A stretch of 29,092 nucleotides of DNA, from positions 1-29,092 of IMG/VR virus record IMGVR_UViG_3300025084_000149; one strand, written 5' to 3'. The stretch comes from a virus (Duplodnaviria; Caudoviricetes). The number at the start of each line of letters is the position of its first letter. The first letter of the stretch is position 1. The position numbers and the translations under genes were made by a program. Below the pieces are notes generated by a model. The model made no database searches, had not been told where the DNA came from, and was given only the letters and a program-made list of their open reading frames with translations. Below are positions 8,281 through 17,449 of the stretch, piece after piece.

Positions 8281-10898
8281 AATGTTGTTTCAAATAAATC
8301 TGTATCAAATGCTCCAAACTCGTCTCCGTCAATATCGTAAATAGCTCTTACAGAAAATTTATAAGTTGTATCACTGTCTAGCTGTGTTCGAGTTTTAGTT
8401 GTTGGGTCTCCAGAGGGAACGGTCGTGTCTAGTTCTCCATCTAAGTATATTTGATATTCTACAAAATTACTGTCAGTTATTGCGTCCCATTCATAACTAA
8501 TACTTGAACTTGTTGTACCTGTTGATACTAAATTCTCAACCCTTTGTAAATCCTGTCTTTGACCGTTCAAACTTTGCGATGTGTTTGTTTGTAAGTTATA
8601 TAATTCTAAGTCACTTTTATTTGTTAATAAATTTGTCTTTATAGAGTTTATTCTATATTCCGTTGTACCTATGATAAATATATCGTTTAGTCTATAATTT
8701 AAAATTACATTCAAAGGCAAGTAAGCAGATACATTTGTTTTTCTTGAATTTCTAGCAAATAGATTAGCTACATAATTTCTATAATATTTAGTATATAAAT
8801 CATTTGAAGAGGTTTGTGTTGAGCTTCCTGTTCCTTGCGTGTACTCATCTACTTCAATCCCAAAATTTACTGTTTGATTTATAAACCCTGTTGAAATATT
8901 AACTATTGCGTTTGACGGTCTGTAATATCTAACTAAATTGCTAAATGTATCGTTTAGATTATCAAACTTTATAACATCACTTGTTTCAGTCCATATTGGA
9001 TAAAATAATAAAGGGTCGCCTATTGTTGGTTCAAACTTTTTATCTAACATAGCACCCTGTTGAACATCTGTTAAAGTGTTTGTTGAACTCTCATCACTTA
9101 ATCTCTCGTACATCATTTTCTCAAAACCAACCTCAACCTTGTAATCGCTTCCGTCATATTGCTCTGATGTAAAACTTTCTTCTGCAAACTTATTGCCTTG
9201 CAATTCGTCTGAATACTGTACTAAATACGATTTTTTGCTTTTAAACTTAAATATCATATTTTTAAATTGTAGTAACTTAGATACAGTTTTTTTGCTAGTA
9301 TCTACATATTCCGTAATATCGTAAACCTTGCCAGCGTTATAATAATCGTCTAAAGGTAATACCGTTATAACTCCGTCCTCTTTATATGCAGTTAAATTAA
9401 ACATAGTAAATAGGTTTTTTAGAAAATCAAATATTTTCATTTTAGGCATTTGCCTACTTATATCTACTATATTTGCGGCTGTTGGTGCTGCGGCTTCATA
9501 AAACCCTGTCGCTTCTATTGTTTTGCTTCCACTACCATTATTAAAAATCCTTCTAACCTCCAATTCTTGTGATATAAGTAAAGTGTTTTCAGCTATTATA
9601 ATAATTTTTAAATCTATATACCCTTCCCCCCAGTCTTGTGGGTTAATTGTAACAAGGTCAAGAGTTTGGTTTCCGCTCCCCTGTCTTTCAGCAAAAAGGC
9701 TATTATTCGAAAGCCTCCTAAATTCAACAGTATAACTTTGACCGCCAGGAGCATTAACAGTTAAAAAAAAGTCATACTCTCTATACGTCCCGTTGCCAAA
9801 AGGAGTGTTATAAGGGTTCATTTCTGGGTCGGCTGGTCTTATTTCTGTTCCACTGTCTAAATCATATTCTAAACCAGCAGTAGCTGCACTTCCTGTAAAC
9901 CAAGTTTTAACTATGCTAGTAACCTCCCCACCCTCTTCTGCATTACTCATAAACCCCTCTTCTCTATGAAGCCATAAGTATAACTTTTTAAAATTAAAAC
10001 TGTTAAAAAAAGTGTTACTGAATTTTATCTGTGGGTAATTACTTTCTATCGCATCAATTATGACCTTAGCTCTTAATGCTGGTTTTATATCTGCATAGTT
10101 TAAAAATGTATTTGTAATAGCGTCTTTATATCCAGCGTTACCGTTATATCCGTATCTCATATTCTTACTATGAGTAATTAAAGGAAATAGCAAATCGTGG
10201 TCTGGGTCTGTAATTGCTACTGATGAGCCTAAACGAGTTTGGACAAAACTGCTTGTATATTCAAAATCTAAAGTATCTGGAAATTGTAAAGAGCTTAATT
10301 CATTTTCTGCTAGTATTTTTTTGAACTCAACCGTTTCGCCTGTAAAGACTAGTTTATAAGAATATGCTACATTGTTTTTTAAATCAACAGATGTAAGTTT
10401 GAATGAGCCTTTTTTGTAATTAGTTCCGTTTAACTGAATAAGTGCATCGCCTTGAAATCTTGCGTCAAAACTGTTTACTACTTCACTATTGTAATAATGC
10501 TTAAAGAATTTATTATTATGCTTAGAGGCTGGTACGCTAAACTGTTGGCTAAACGGTGCAAATATCTTAGCAGGGTCTTTTACATTTTGGATAGTATCTG
10601 TAATTGAAACGCTCTCGTCTTTAAATAATTCAAGCTTTGTGAAGTCATTATATATTTGGTATCTTTTACCACTTCCAGAAAATACACCTCCTGTGATATC
10701 TAGTGTATCTGTTCCGCTTGGTGCTATTGCAGTAATAGTCCCCTCAACCCCACTGTCAAGGTCAAGTATTATTTGCCCTACTTTAAATAGTCCGTTTGTA
10801 AAATCTGTTGAAGTGTCTACAAGTCTTGTTTGTGTAGGAAAGTAACCAACGCTAGTATATTTAAAAGCATCTCTTATATATAAGTCTATTATCTGCAT
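8277..10898 (-). CDS. Tail tip/baseplate hub protein with C-terminal fibronectin type III domain
   Basis: 873 aa; FSQQFSVPASKHN and MPKMKIFDFLKNLFTMFNL hub-like segments; FN3 pattern (SISYEWD...YQIY...LDSDTTYKFSVRA). Confidence 0.75.
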   Translation of the reverse strand: MQIIDLYIRDAFKYTSVGYFPTQTRLVDTSTDFTNGLFKVGQIILDLDSGVEGTITAIAPSGTDTLDITGGVFSGSGKRYQIYNDFTKLELFKDESVSITDTIQNVKDPAKIFAPFSQQFSVPASKHNNKFFKHYYNSEVVNSFDARFQGDALIQLNGTNYKKGSFKLTSVDLKNNVAYSYKLVFTGETVEFKKILAENELSSLQFPDTLDFEYTSSFVQTRLGSSVAITDPDHDLLFPLITHSKNMRYGYNGNAGYKDAITNTFLNYADIKPALRAKVIIDAIESNYPQIKFSNTFFNSFNFKKLYLWLHREEGFMSNAEEGGEVTSIVKTWFTGSAATAGLEYDLDSGTEIRPADPEMNPYNTPFGNGTYREYDFFLTVNAPGGQSYTVEFRRLSNNSLFAERQGSGNQTLDLVTINPQDWGEGYIDLKIIIIAENTLLISQELEVRRIFNNGSGSKTIEATGFYEAAAPTAANIVDISRQMPKMKIFDFLKNLFTMFNLTAYKEDGVITVLPLDDYYNAGKVYDITEYVDTSKKTVSKLLQFKNMIFKFKSKKSYLVQYSDELQGNKFAEESFTSEQYDGSDYKVEVGFEKMMYERLSDESSTNTLTDVQQGAMLDKKFEPTIGDPLLFYPIWTETSDVIKFDNLNDTFSNLVRYYRPSNAIVNISTGFINQTVNFGIEVDEYTQGTGSSTQTSSNDLYTKYYRNYVANLFARNSRKTNVSAYLPLNVILNYRLNDIFIIGTTEYRINSIKTNLLTNKSDLELYNLQTNTSQSLNGQRQDLQRVENLVSTGTTSSSISYEWDAITDSNFVEYQIYLDGELDTTVPSGDPTTKTRTQLDSDTTYKFSVRAIYDIDGDEFGAFDTDLFETTL

Positions 10899-12014
10899 TT
10901 ATCTAATGTTGTTTATAGTGTCAAAAGCAAAGTCTATTTTTATAGTGTAATTAATTAGCTTGTCATTTAAGCTTGTCTTGTAACTAAAACTACTATCTGT
11001 TACATTAACTGGTAAAACAACGTTGTCTATTTCAATCCAACAGTCCTCGCTTAATTGCATCTCTTTAAACACTTCGTTGTACTCCTCTGGATAAAACCCT
11101 GTATTTAAGTCCATTTTTTCGTTACCCATTTTATATAGGTTTTTCTTTTGGTGCTTATCCGTTCCGTAACTATTCGCTGATAGTGTATTTCTTTTGAAGT
11201 CCTCTGCCTTAGTAGATAGTTGTTTATTGCTTCGCTTAAAGAACCATAAATTCTGCAACGCTCCGTACTTATTTATAAAACTTAATTTATAAGGGTCGTA
11301 TTTACACTCCGTTATATTCTCCACTTTAACAACTGAAACGCTACCGTCTGATAATTCTATGTAAATAGTATCTACTGGGAACGTTACATTGCTATCTAAA
11401 AATTGATGTAAACATATACTATTTTCAAAAGTTCCGTCATCTCTATAAACTCTGTCCGCAAATTCGTCCGTTCCATTAATAGTATTTGAAACATATTGTA
11501 TCTGTTGGCTTGACAAATTGCTAGACGTAAAATTCTCCTCGTACATTTCTTGGCTTTCTGAATAGTATTGTACACTTACAACTTTGCTTACGTCAATAGG
11601 TAAAACGACTGGTGCATCGTCTAGCTTAACTACTGTTAAATTTGACTGTAATAGTCCGCTATCGTTTTGAGGATTAACCCCCTCTTGAAAATATCCGTAA
11701 CCGTAAAAGCCTTTATTTAAGCTGATAGCATCAGTAAAAGTGTTTCCAGAAATAATTTTTGTTAATTCATAATCAACCCACACAATCTCTGTTTCGTAAT
11801 CGTCAGCATTGTAAGTCATATAATCCCTTACAAGCTCTGCTATCTCAAAATTAATAGTACTGTTTACTGCACGTGCTGATAATGTATAAGTAGGTGTTGT
11901 AGGTCTTGACGTTGTTTGCGTTCCTGTATATATCCAAAGTTTTAAACTAGCCTCTGTTAATTTGCTTTGATTAAAATATACATAGTATGGACTTCTTACG
12001 TTAATTTTTGCCAT
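10899..12014 (-). CDS. Tail structural protein (distal-tail-like)
   Basis: 371 aa, beta-rich, FINKYGALQNLWF motif, directly upstream of the hub gene. Confidence 0.6.
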   Translation of the reverse strand: MAKINVRSPYYVYFNQSKLTEASLKLWIYTGTQTTSRPTTPTYTLSARAVNSTINFEIAELVRDYMTYNADDYETEIVWVDYELTKIISGNTFTDAISLNKGFYGYGYFQEGVNPQNDSGLLQSNLTVVKLDDAPVVLPIDVSKVVSVQYYSESQEMYEENFTSSNLSSQQIQYVSNTINGTDEFADRVYRDDGTFENSICLHQFLDSNVTFPVDTIYIELSDGSVSVVKVENITECKYDPYKLSFINKYGALQNLWFFKRSNKQLSTKAEDFKRNTLSANSYGTDKHQKKNLYKMGNEKMDLNTGFYPEEYNEVFKEMQLSEDCWIEIDNVVLPVNVTDSSFSYKTSLNDKLINYTIKIDFAFDTINNIR

Positions 12015-12015
12015 T

Positions 12016-12561
12016 TTATCGTTTTGTTAATTTTATTAAATCTTTTTCTAGTCCTATTGAGTACGCTTTAATCAAATCATCTGGCAACCTTTTAAACGCT
12101 GCTACAAATGGTTTAGTAAAAAATAAACTAGGCTTAATTCCTTTTTGATATATACTTCTAGCAATTAAAAACGCTGTACTTTGATAGCTTAAAAATCGTC
12201 CTGTTTTCCTATCCTTAAATTGTATTCTACGCCTTTTAACATAGCTTTGCATTGCTTCGGTTAAACCGCCTTTACGTCCTGTGCCACTGCCAAACCTAAA
12301 AGGGCTGTTCGGTGCTTTACTGCTTGACGATTTACCCCTAACTCCTTTATCTTTAAACTTACCATAATCAGCCATTTCAATGTTAAGGTTAGCTCCGTTT
12401 TTAGTTGGTACTACATTACCCTTTAAACTATTATAAAGTGTCTTAGTGTCATTATATGTGCCATAATCAGAACTACCCTTTGTTAGGTTGCTTCGGCTTT
12501 GCTGTATAACGTACTTAGCAAACTTATTTAATTCTTCTTGTAATTCTTTATCTGCTAACAT
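12016..12561 (-). CDS. Neck/tail completion protein (HK97 gp10-like), putative
   Basis: Basic 181 aa; TKTLYNSL, YGKFKDKG, IARSIYQKGIKPSLFF motifs. Confidence 0.65.
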   Translation of the reverse strand: MLADKELQEELNKFAKYVIQQSRSNLTKGSSDYGTYNDTKTLYNSLKGNVVPTKNGANLNIEMADYGKFKDKGVRGKSSSSKAPNSPFRFGSGTGRKGGLTEAMQSYVKRRRIQFKDRKTGRFLSYQSTAFLIARSIYQKGIKPSLFFTKPFVAAFKRLPDDLIKAYSIGLEKDLIKLTKR

Positions 12562-13025
12562 ATTTCAATATCGTTATTAACGAATACATCAAACGTTGCA
12601 GTCCAACCAGCTACTTTATTTTCAAACCTATCTACAAACGGTTCAAGACTTGCATCTCCGTCTAATTGATATTTGTCATTGTATAAATCGCCACGTCTTA
12701 AAACTTGTACTAACTTATTCAATACTGCTAGTTGTGTATTAAGTACGTCTTGTTCATTATTGTTACCTATAAATATATCTGTTGTAGGTTCTTTGCTCTC
12801 ATCTACAATATCCATTGCTAGTATTGATATATTAAACCTTAGTACACTCTCTTGTGCTGTAACACTATTAATAATCAAATGCGATAAAGGGAATATAGAT
12901 TGCTTAGATAAATCAACATCAAACAAATCTCCCTCTGTGACTGTGTTTACATTTATATCTCCTAGTAAAGCGTCTTTAATAGTTTGTGTTAATAAATAAT
13001 AACCTCTTATTCCTGTGTAACTCAT
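12555..13025 (-). CDS. Tail terminator-like protein, putative
   Basis: Acidic 156 aa, FPLSHL motif, adjacent to the neck gene. Confidence 0.6.
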   Translation of the reverse strand: MSYTGIRGYYLLTQTIKDALLGDINVNTVTEGDLFDVDLSKQSIFPLSHLIINSVTAQESVLRFNISILAMDIVDESKEPTTDIFIGNNNEQDVLNTQLAVLNKLVQVLRRGDLYNDKYQLDGDASLEPFVDRFENKVAGWTATFDVFVNNDIEIC

Positions 13026-13276
13026 TTGAATTTACTTTTTATTTGTCTTGCTTCTATTTCGTTTTTTTCTTTTGTATATGTTAAATACGTCAAACATTCG
13101 TGTACGTTTAATTTAGTGATATCTTCAAATCTCGTAATATCTCCGTCAGCGATTGCATAGATTGAATTGTACCAGCCCCATTTGGTTGTGAAGCCAGAAA
13201 TTGCGCTAAGCTCTCCTCGTTCTGTTTGCTCGAAGAGTTCAGGATAACTGTCGATAAGTCTTTGCCTAAATTGTAA
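13022..13276 (-). CDS. -1 frameshift extension (T segment) of tail assembly chaperone, 84 aa
   Basis: Open -1 frame from the T9 run: LQFRQRLIDSYPELF...KWGWYNSIYAIADGDITRFEDITKLNVHECLTYLTYTKEKNEIEARQIKSKFK; no internal ATG; its TGA overlaps the next gene's ATG. Confidence 0.8.
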   Translation of the reverse strand, partial: LQFRQRLIDSYPELFEQTERGELSAISGFTTKWGWYNSIYAIADGDITRFEDITKLNVHECLTYLTYTKEKNEIEARQIKSKFK

Positions 13277-13752
13277 AAAAAAACAATAGCACCAAATACT
13301 GCATCTAGAGGATAGTTCTTAGCATCTTCGTTTGTGTCTGGGTTGTATTCTTTAAGCGTGTATCTTTGCCCTTGCTTTAAATCAATTGGTCTATATAAAA
13401 CATTCATAGCTCTATGCAAGTTATCGTTATCGCCTATAAACGTATCTAAGTCCACATATTCGCCAAAACTCATATTTTCTAAGTCTGGTATAAAACCGTA
13501 ATCAATACCATTCATTTGAAACCTATTTATAAGCTGATGTTCTGTATCAAACATATTATTTATAATAACACAAATATCTGTTATATCTTTTGCTTTCATT
13601 GAACGTACAACCTCGACAGGCACTTTACAGAATATCTCAATCATCTTAGATTGCACCTCTGCTTCCTTAGTTAAATCTAATTTATCAAACTCTTGGTATT
13701 GCCCTAGAGTTATTTCATTTAATGTTGTTGGTATGCTTAACTTAACTTTCAT
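13108..13752 (-). CDS. Tail assembly chaperone (G product), putative
   Basis: 214 aa with slippery GTT TTT TTT TAC at codons 157-160. Confidence 0.7.
   Translation of the reverse strand: MKVKLSIPTTLNEITLGQYQEFDKLDLTKEAEVQSKMIEIFCKVPVEVVRSMKAKDITDICVIINNMFDTEHQLINRFQMNGIDYGFIPDLENMSFGEYVDLDTFIGDNDNLHRAMNVLYRPIDLKQGQRYTLKEYNPDTNEDAKNYPLDAVFGAIVFFYNLGKDLSTVILNSSSKQNEESLAQFLASQPNGAGTIQSMQSLTEILRDLKISLN
13275..13283 (-). other. Slippery site T TTT TTT for -1 ribosomal frameshift
   Basis: Nine T on the coding strand, fitting the X XXY YYZ pattern. Confidence 0.78.
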
Positions 13753-13784
13753 ATTAATATATAAACTTTTTAATTTTATTTTAG
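13753..13784 (-). promoter_or_regulatory. Putative late promoter
   Basis: ctaaaataaaattaaaaagtttatatattaat-ATG. Confidence 0.65.
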
Positions 13785-13787
13785 TAA

Positions 13788-14996
13788 CTAAGATACAGTA
13801 TATTTACCTCTATTTGGGTTTTGCAGTTGAAAGCCTACTGCATAACGAACCGCATCTATTAAATGATTGTATTTGTCGATTGGTGTATTTGATTTGCGTT
13901 CTAACCAGCGATAGTTATTTAATTCCTTAATTAAGTTAGTGCTATCTGGACTTACTATAATATCATAGTCTTGTAATAAGCTTATGCCATAAGTAACGCT
14001 TCCTTGCCCTTTTATACTTGGGCGTACGTTACAACCCTTTGCTTTTATTTCGCTTAGTAGTCTAGGCTCTGCACTATCCCCAACGATTAAACCCTCTCTA
14101 GCGTGTTTTAAATTAAGTTGTGCTATTTGTGACGTTGTTAGTCTTTGTAAGTAGAAACATTCTTTTAAATATATTCGTTTGTTAGAACTGTCGATATTGA
14201 CTTCAACCAATGTACTTGGGTCTGCTGCGAAACCATAATCTTGACCCCATACACTTACACTTGTTTTTCTAAACTCACCTACACTCCAATTATTAAATAT
14301 AACGCCCTCAGCTTTATTTAGCCACGCTCCTAACATTTGTTGTTTGTATTTCTCTGGGCGTCTTACCTTCATTTGCTCTATTTGGTCTATATAGCTTTTA
14401 GATAAGTTCTTTATGTTGTCCTGGTAGGTTGTGTGTATGTAAGTTGTATTTTCTTTTGTTGTATTGCTGCCCTCTTGAACGCCTCTGTCCTCAAAGAAAC
14501 GTCTATATATAAAATGCTCTTTTGTTGTTGGGTTAAGTATTAATATAATTCTGTTTGGTTTGCCTTGCTGCCTTACTGATAAATCAATAGTGTCAAACTT
14601 TTGTTCATCAACTAGTTCTTCAGCTTCATCAACCACCCACGTTGTAATACCTTGTAAAGATTTAAGGTTTGCAGTCTGGTCACCGCTTGAGGTTTTAATC
14701 CCCCTGAATATTATTTTGCTTCCTGTCTTTTTGTTTAGTATCTCATCTTTGGTTATGTGAAAGTCTGCTATTGAGCCGAACTGTTCTAGCTTGTCTATAA
14801 ACTCTGGAATGATTGATATATAAGCTGAGGTTAATGTGTAGCGTGTAAACAGTATCGTATGACCTTGTTCGTATGTCAGCATCACTAAAAGGGCGTTTAC
14901 TGAAAAAGATTTCCCAGAACCACGCCCACCACTAACAATAAAATACCTACTGTCGCTATCAACAATAGGCATATATTTCTTTTTTACTTTAATCAA
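13788..14996 (-). CDS. terL: Terminase large subunit (PBSX/SPP1-like)
   Basis: Walker A GGRGSGKS, Walker B WVVDEAEE, LNP coupling motif, nuclease motifs DYGF, DSAEP and NHLIDAVRY. Confidence 0.96.
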   Translation of the reverse strand: MIKVKKKYMPIVDSDSRYFIVSGGRGSGKSFSVNALLVMLTYEQGHTILFTRYTLTSAYISIIPEFIDKLEQFGSIADFHITKDEILNKKTGSKIIFRGIKTSSGDQTANLKSLQGITTWVVDEAEELVDEQKFDTIDLSVRQQGKPNRIILILNPTTKEHFIYRRFFEDRGVQEGSNTTKENTTYIHTTYQDNIKNLSKSYIDQIEQMKVRRPEKYKQQMLGAWLNKAEGVIFNNWSVGEFRKTSVSVWGQDYGFAADPSTLVEVNIDSSNKRIYLKECFYLQRLTTSQIAQLNLKHAREGLIVGDSAEPRLLSEIKAKGCNVRPSIKGQGSVTYGISLLQDYDIIVSPDSTNLIKELNNYRWLERKSNTPIDKYNHLIDAVRYAVGFQLQNPNRGKYTVS

Positions 14997-15258
14997 CGAA
15001 CTTTATTAAATCTCTAAAATTGATGTTTAAGCCCTCGCTAGAGTTAATGTCAACACTTTCCTTAGGTTTACCATAACGATAGCTTAAATATAGTTGTACT
15101 GCTCTCATATCACCTTTGGCTACTAGTTCCCCTAGTTTACTTATAGCTTCGTCTTTGTCTATTATAGCATCTAAGCGTTCAATTAGTTTTTGTTCTATTG
15201 CCTTTGGTTTACGTCCAGCACCTGGTCTAGCACCACCATTATTTTTTCTATTATCCAT
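14989..15258 (-). CDS. terS: Terminase small subunit, putative
   Basis: GGARPGAGRKP N-terminus and YRYGKP motif; overlaps the terL start. Confidence 0.8.
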   Translation of the reverse strand: MDNRKNNGGARPGAGRKPKAIEQKLIERLDAIIDKDEAISKLGELVAKGDMRAVQLYLSYRYGKPKESVDINSSEGLNINFRDLIKFVD

Positions 15259-15285
15259 ATTGAAATAAATTGTTTAATCAATCCT

Positions 15286-15317
15286 ATTAATATATAAACA
15301 GAATTACTTTTTTTTAG
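15286..15317 (-). promoter_or_regulatory. Putative late promoter upstream of terS
   Basis: ctaaaaaaaagtaattctgtttatatattaat, ending 27 nt before the ATG. Confidence 0.6.
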
Positions 15318-15964
15318 AACATTCTTATTTGTGCTTTGTGCTGCTCTATTCTTTTTATAGCTGCATTGTAGTAGTCTTTGTCTAATTCACAAGCTGTTAA
15401 ATCATATCCTAGATTATGACAGGCTAAGGCAATAGAGCCACTACCTAAATGTGTATCAAGTATTTTATCTCCCTCTTTTGCGTAATTCATTAAAAGCCAT
15501 TCATATAATTGTATAGGTTTTTGTGTTGGGTGTATTCTATCAACTTTATATTTCTTTTTAAATCCTGCCCACAAATGGTCGTACATATTACATTTTCTAT
15601 CAAAGGAAGTCCACGCAAGTTCAGCCATAGATAAATGTTCTTTTATATCTACTTTTTTATTCCATACTATCCAACCTTTAGAAGGTGGTAAATATTCAGT
15701 AAAGTAATTACCACCCCATATAATTTGTTTTTTTGATACTCTTTTAAGCTGCTCAAAGTATTCTTTTGTTGGTGGCTTACTATCATCAAAAGTTTTGTAA
15801 TGTTGACTTTTTGGGTTTTTCCATTTTTCGGTTGGTCTATCTCCTGTTACATTTCTTTGCCCTTTTTCGTTTATCCCATAAGGTGGGTCTACTATTGCTA
15901 AATCAAAGTAGTTATCCGCATACCTAGCCATTAGTTCCATATTGTCCTCGTTGGTTATTAGCAT
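15314..15964 (-). CDS. DNA N6-adenine/N4-cytosine methyltransferase (beta class), orphan
   Basis: DPPY catalytic motif, HPTQKP, then ILDTHLGSGS SAM-binding motif. Confidence 0.93.
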   Translation of the reverse strand: MLITNEDNMELMARYADNYFDLAIVDPPYGINEKGQRNVTGDRPTEKWKNPKSQHYKTFDDSKPPTKEYFEQLKRVSKKQIIWGGNYFTEYLPPSKGWIVWNKKVDIKEHLSMAELAWTSFDRKCNMYDHLWAGFKKKYKVDRIHPTQKPIQLYEWLLMNYAKEGDKILDTHLGSGSIALACHNLGYDLTACELDKDYYNAAIKRIEQHKAQIRMF

Positions 15965-16470
15965 AGCACAGGGTTTTTAACTTTCTTGTTTAGTGCAGCA
16001 CCTTTTATTTCTGGTATTGTCTTACGCTTTACTCTAGTCTTTATTAATGCGTTAAAGGGGTCTAGTCGTGTTTGTTTAAATTCTGTTACTGTTTCTATAT
16101 CCCAGCCTGTTAAGATGTCTATAACGTCTTGTATTTCTTTTATTGTTTTGTTTGTTTTTATTTCTTTTTTTATTTTGTCTTGTTCTGAATTAAAGAATGG
16201 CTTTGATAATACTAGTCCTAGTTCCCTTATTATTTGGTCGTGTTTCTTTTTATCTTCAAGACCTATTACGTTTATACTATTAACGTGGTGCAGTATATTG
16301 CAGTGACTTTTTTTAATTACATCGCCCACCTCTCTAAATGTAGCACCGCTTTCGTAAGCTAGTTTGCTAAATACCTTTTTAGCATAAGAGTAATTTCTTT
16401 GCCTTGTATCTAAGGATATATCTAAATTGAATTTTTTATCTACTGCTTTTTTTATTGTTTCTAATTTCAT
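15958..16470 (-). CDS. DnaA domain IV-like helix-turn-helix DNA-binding protein
   Basis: TRQRNYSYAKKVFSKLA...ATFREVGDVIKKSHCNILHH resembles the DnaA C-terminal R-x-R...IG..F.RDH.TV.H pattern. Confidence 0.65.
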   Translation of the reverse strand: MKLETIKKAVDKKFNLDISLDTRQRNYSYAKKVFSKLAYESGATFREVGDVIKKSHCNILHHVNSINVIGLEDKKKHDQIIRELGLVLSKPFFNSEQDKIKKEIKTNKTIKEIQDVIDILTGWDIETVTEFKQTRLDPFNALIKTRVKRKTIPEIKGAALNKKVKNPVLC

Positions 16471-16478
16471 ATTTATTT

Positions 16479-16625
16479 TTAGTTAAATTCTGCGTGTTCT
16501 AAACACTCACTACAAAGGTTTTCATTTAATTGACTAGGTTCTGCATTACAACAATCCGAACCTATGTGTTCTTCTGTATGTGGGTTGTCTATTGCGTATT
16601 GTATTATTTGTTTTGGTGTTTTCAT
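16479..16625 (-). CDS. Small Cys-rich (Zn-binding?) protein, 48 aa (not in ORF track)
   Basis: MKTPKQIIQY...SDCCNA...LCSECLEHAEFN; fills the gap between neighbours. Confidence 0.7.
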   Translation of the reverse strand: MKTPKQIIQYAIDNPHTEEHIGSDCCNAEPSQLNENLCSECLEHAEFN

Positions 16626-16630
16626 TTTGT

Positions 16631-16765
16631 CTATATTTTATTGTCTATAACTTCTATTAAGTGTCTAAGGTCTGAGCGTTCCCATTCTCCTAGCTTAACT
16701 CCATTAATATTAAATTTAAAATAATCTTTTCTGTCGGTTTTTTCTATTTCTATATTTATATACAT
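16631..16765 (-). CDS. Small hypothetical protein, 44 aa (not in ORF track)
   Basis: MYINIEIEKTDRKDYFKFNINGVKLGEWERSDLRHLIEVIDNKI; starts 1 nt after the upstream stop. Confidence 0.7.
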   Translation of the reverse strand: MYINIEIEKTDRKDYFKFNINGVKLGEWERSDLRHLIEVIDNKI

Positions 16766-16766
16766 A

Positions 16767-17216
16767 TTAATCTATTTTAGTAAATTCTGCTATTTGGTTT
16801 TTATTATGTTCTTCTTTGTTTTGAAAGTAGTTATCTACTAGTGCGTCAATCATTACTAGCTCATCAATACTAGCTGTTTTTATTTTGTGCATTAAGCTGT
16901 CTATTTTGTTTAGCACGTTGGTACACATTTCAGGGTTGTTATGGTACACTGTATTAAACCCTTCTTGATATATTCGCTCTAGTATCTTTGATGTTTTATT
17001 TACTTGTAGCTTTACGTTCTGCTTAAACCCTACGCTTCCTTTTAAATCATCGTTTGCTTCTAGTAGTAATTGACTTATCAATACGCATTTTAAATAGCTT
17101 AGGTGTCTATGTGTTATTTGTTCTACTGGCTCATCATAAACCCCTCTTACTTGTTCTTGATGTTCTAGTTCTTTTTGTTCCATTCTTTCGTAGTATTCTT
17201 TTTGTTCTTTTCTCAT
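16767..17216 (-). CDS. Hypothetical protein
   Basis: ORF track; start moved to the ATG at 17216, which forms an ATGA overlap with the upstream gene. Confidence 0.75.
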   Translation of the reverse strand: MRKEQKEYYERMEQKELEHQEQVRGVYDEPVEQITHRHLSYLKCVLISQLLLEANDDLKGSVGFKQNVKLQVNKTSKILERIYQEGFNTVYHNNPEMCTNVLNKIDSLMHKIKTASIDELVMIDALVDNYFQNKEEHNKNQIAEFTKID

Positions 17217-17443
17217 TTGTTTTTTTCTATCCATTGTTGTTGTTGCTCTCTTAAGTATTCTATCTCACGTCTTAAATAATCTGCTGCTTTTTCTAAGTCT
17301 TTTAACTCATCGTCTTTTTTACCGCTTCTGCAAATATACTTAATTATATTCCCCCTATTGAAGTTTAGTTCGTAATCTTTTATAAAGTCTATAACGTCAT
17401 AGCCTTTTCCGTTTTCGTAATGTAAATAAGTTGCTCGTTTCAT
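17213..17443 (-). CDS. DUF3310 / SaV-like (T7 gp1.7-like) protein
   Basis: HY...DVIDFI...FNRGNIIKYICRSGKK...DLEKAADYL motif. Confidence 0.88.
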   Translation of the reverse strand: MKRATYLHYENGKGYDVIDFIKDYELNFNRGNIIKYICRSGKKDDELKDLEKAADYLRREIEYLREQQQQWIEKNK

Positions 17444-17449
17444 AATATT

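Noticed and set aside
13275-13283. A9 run as a sequencing error or pseudogene
   Set aside because: Both frames stay open well past the run, which fits a G/GT frameshift; read-level confirmation is still needed
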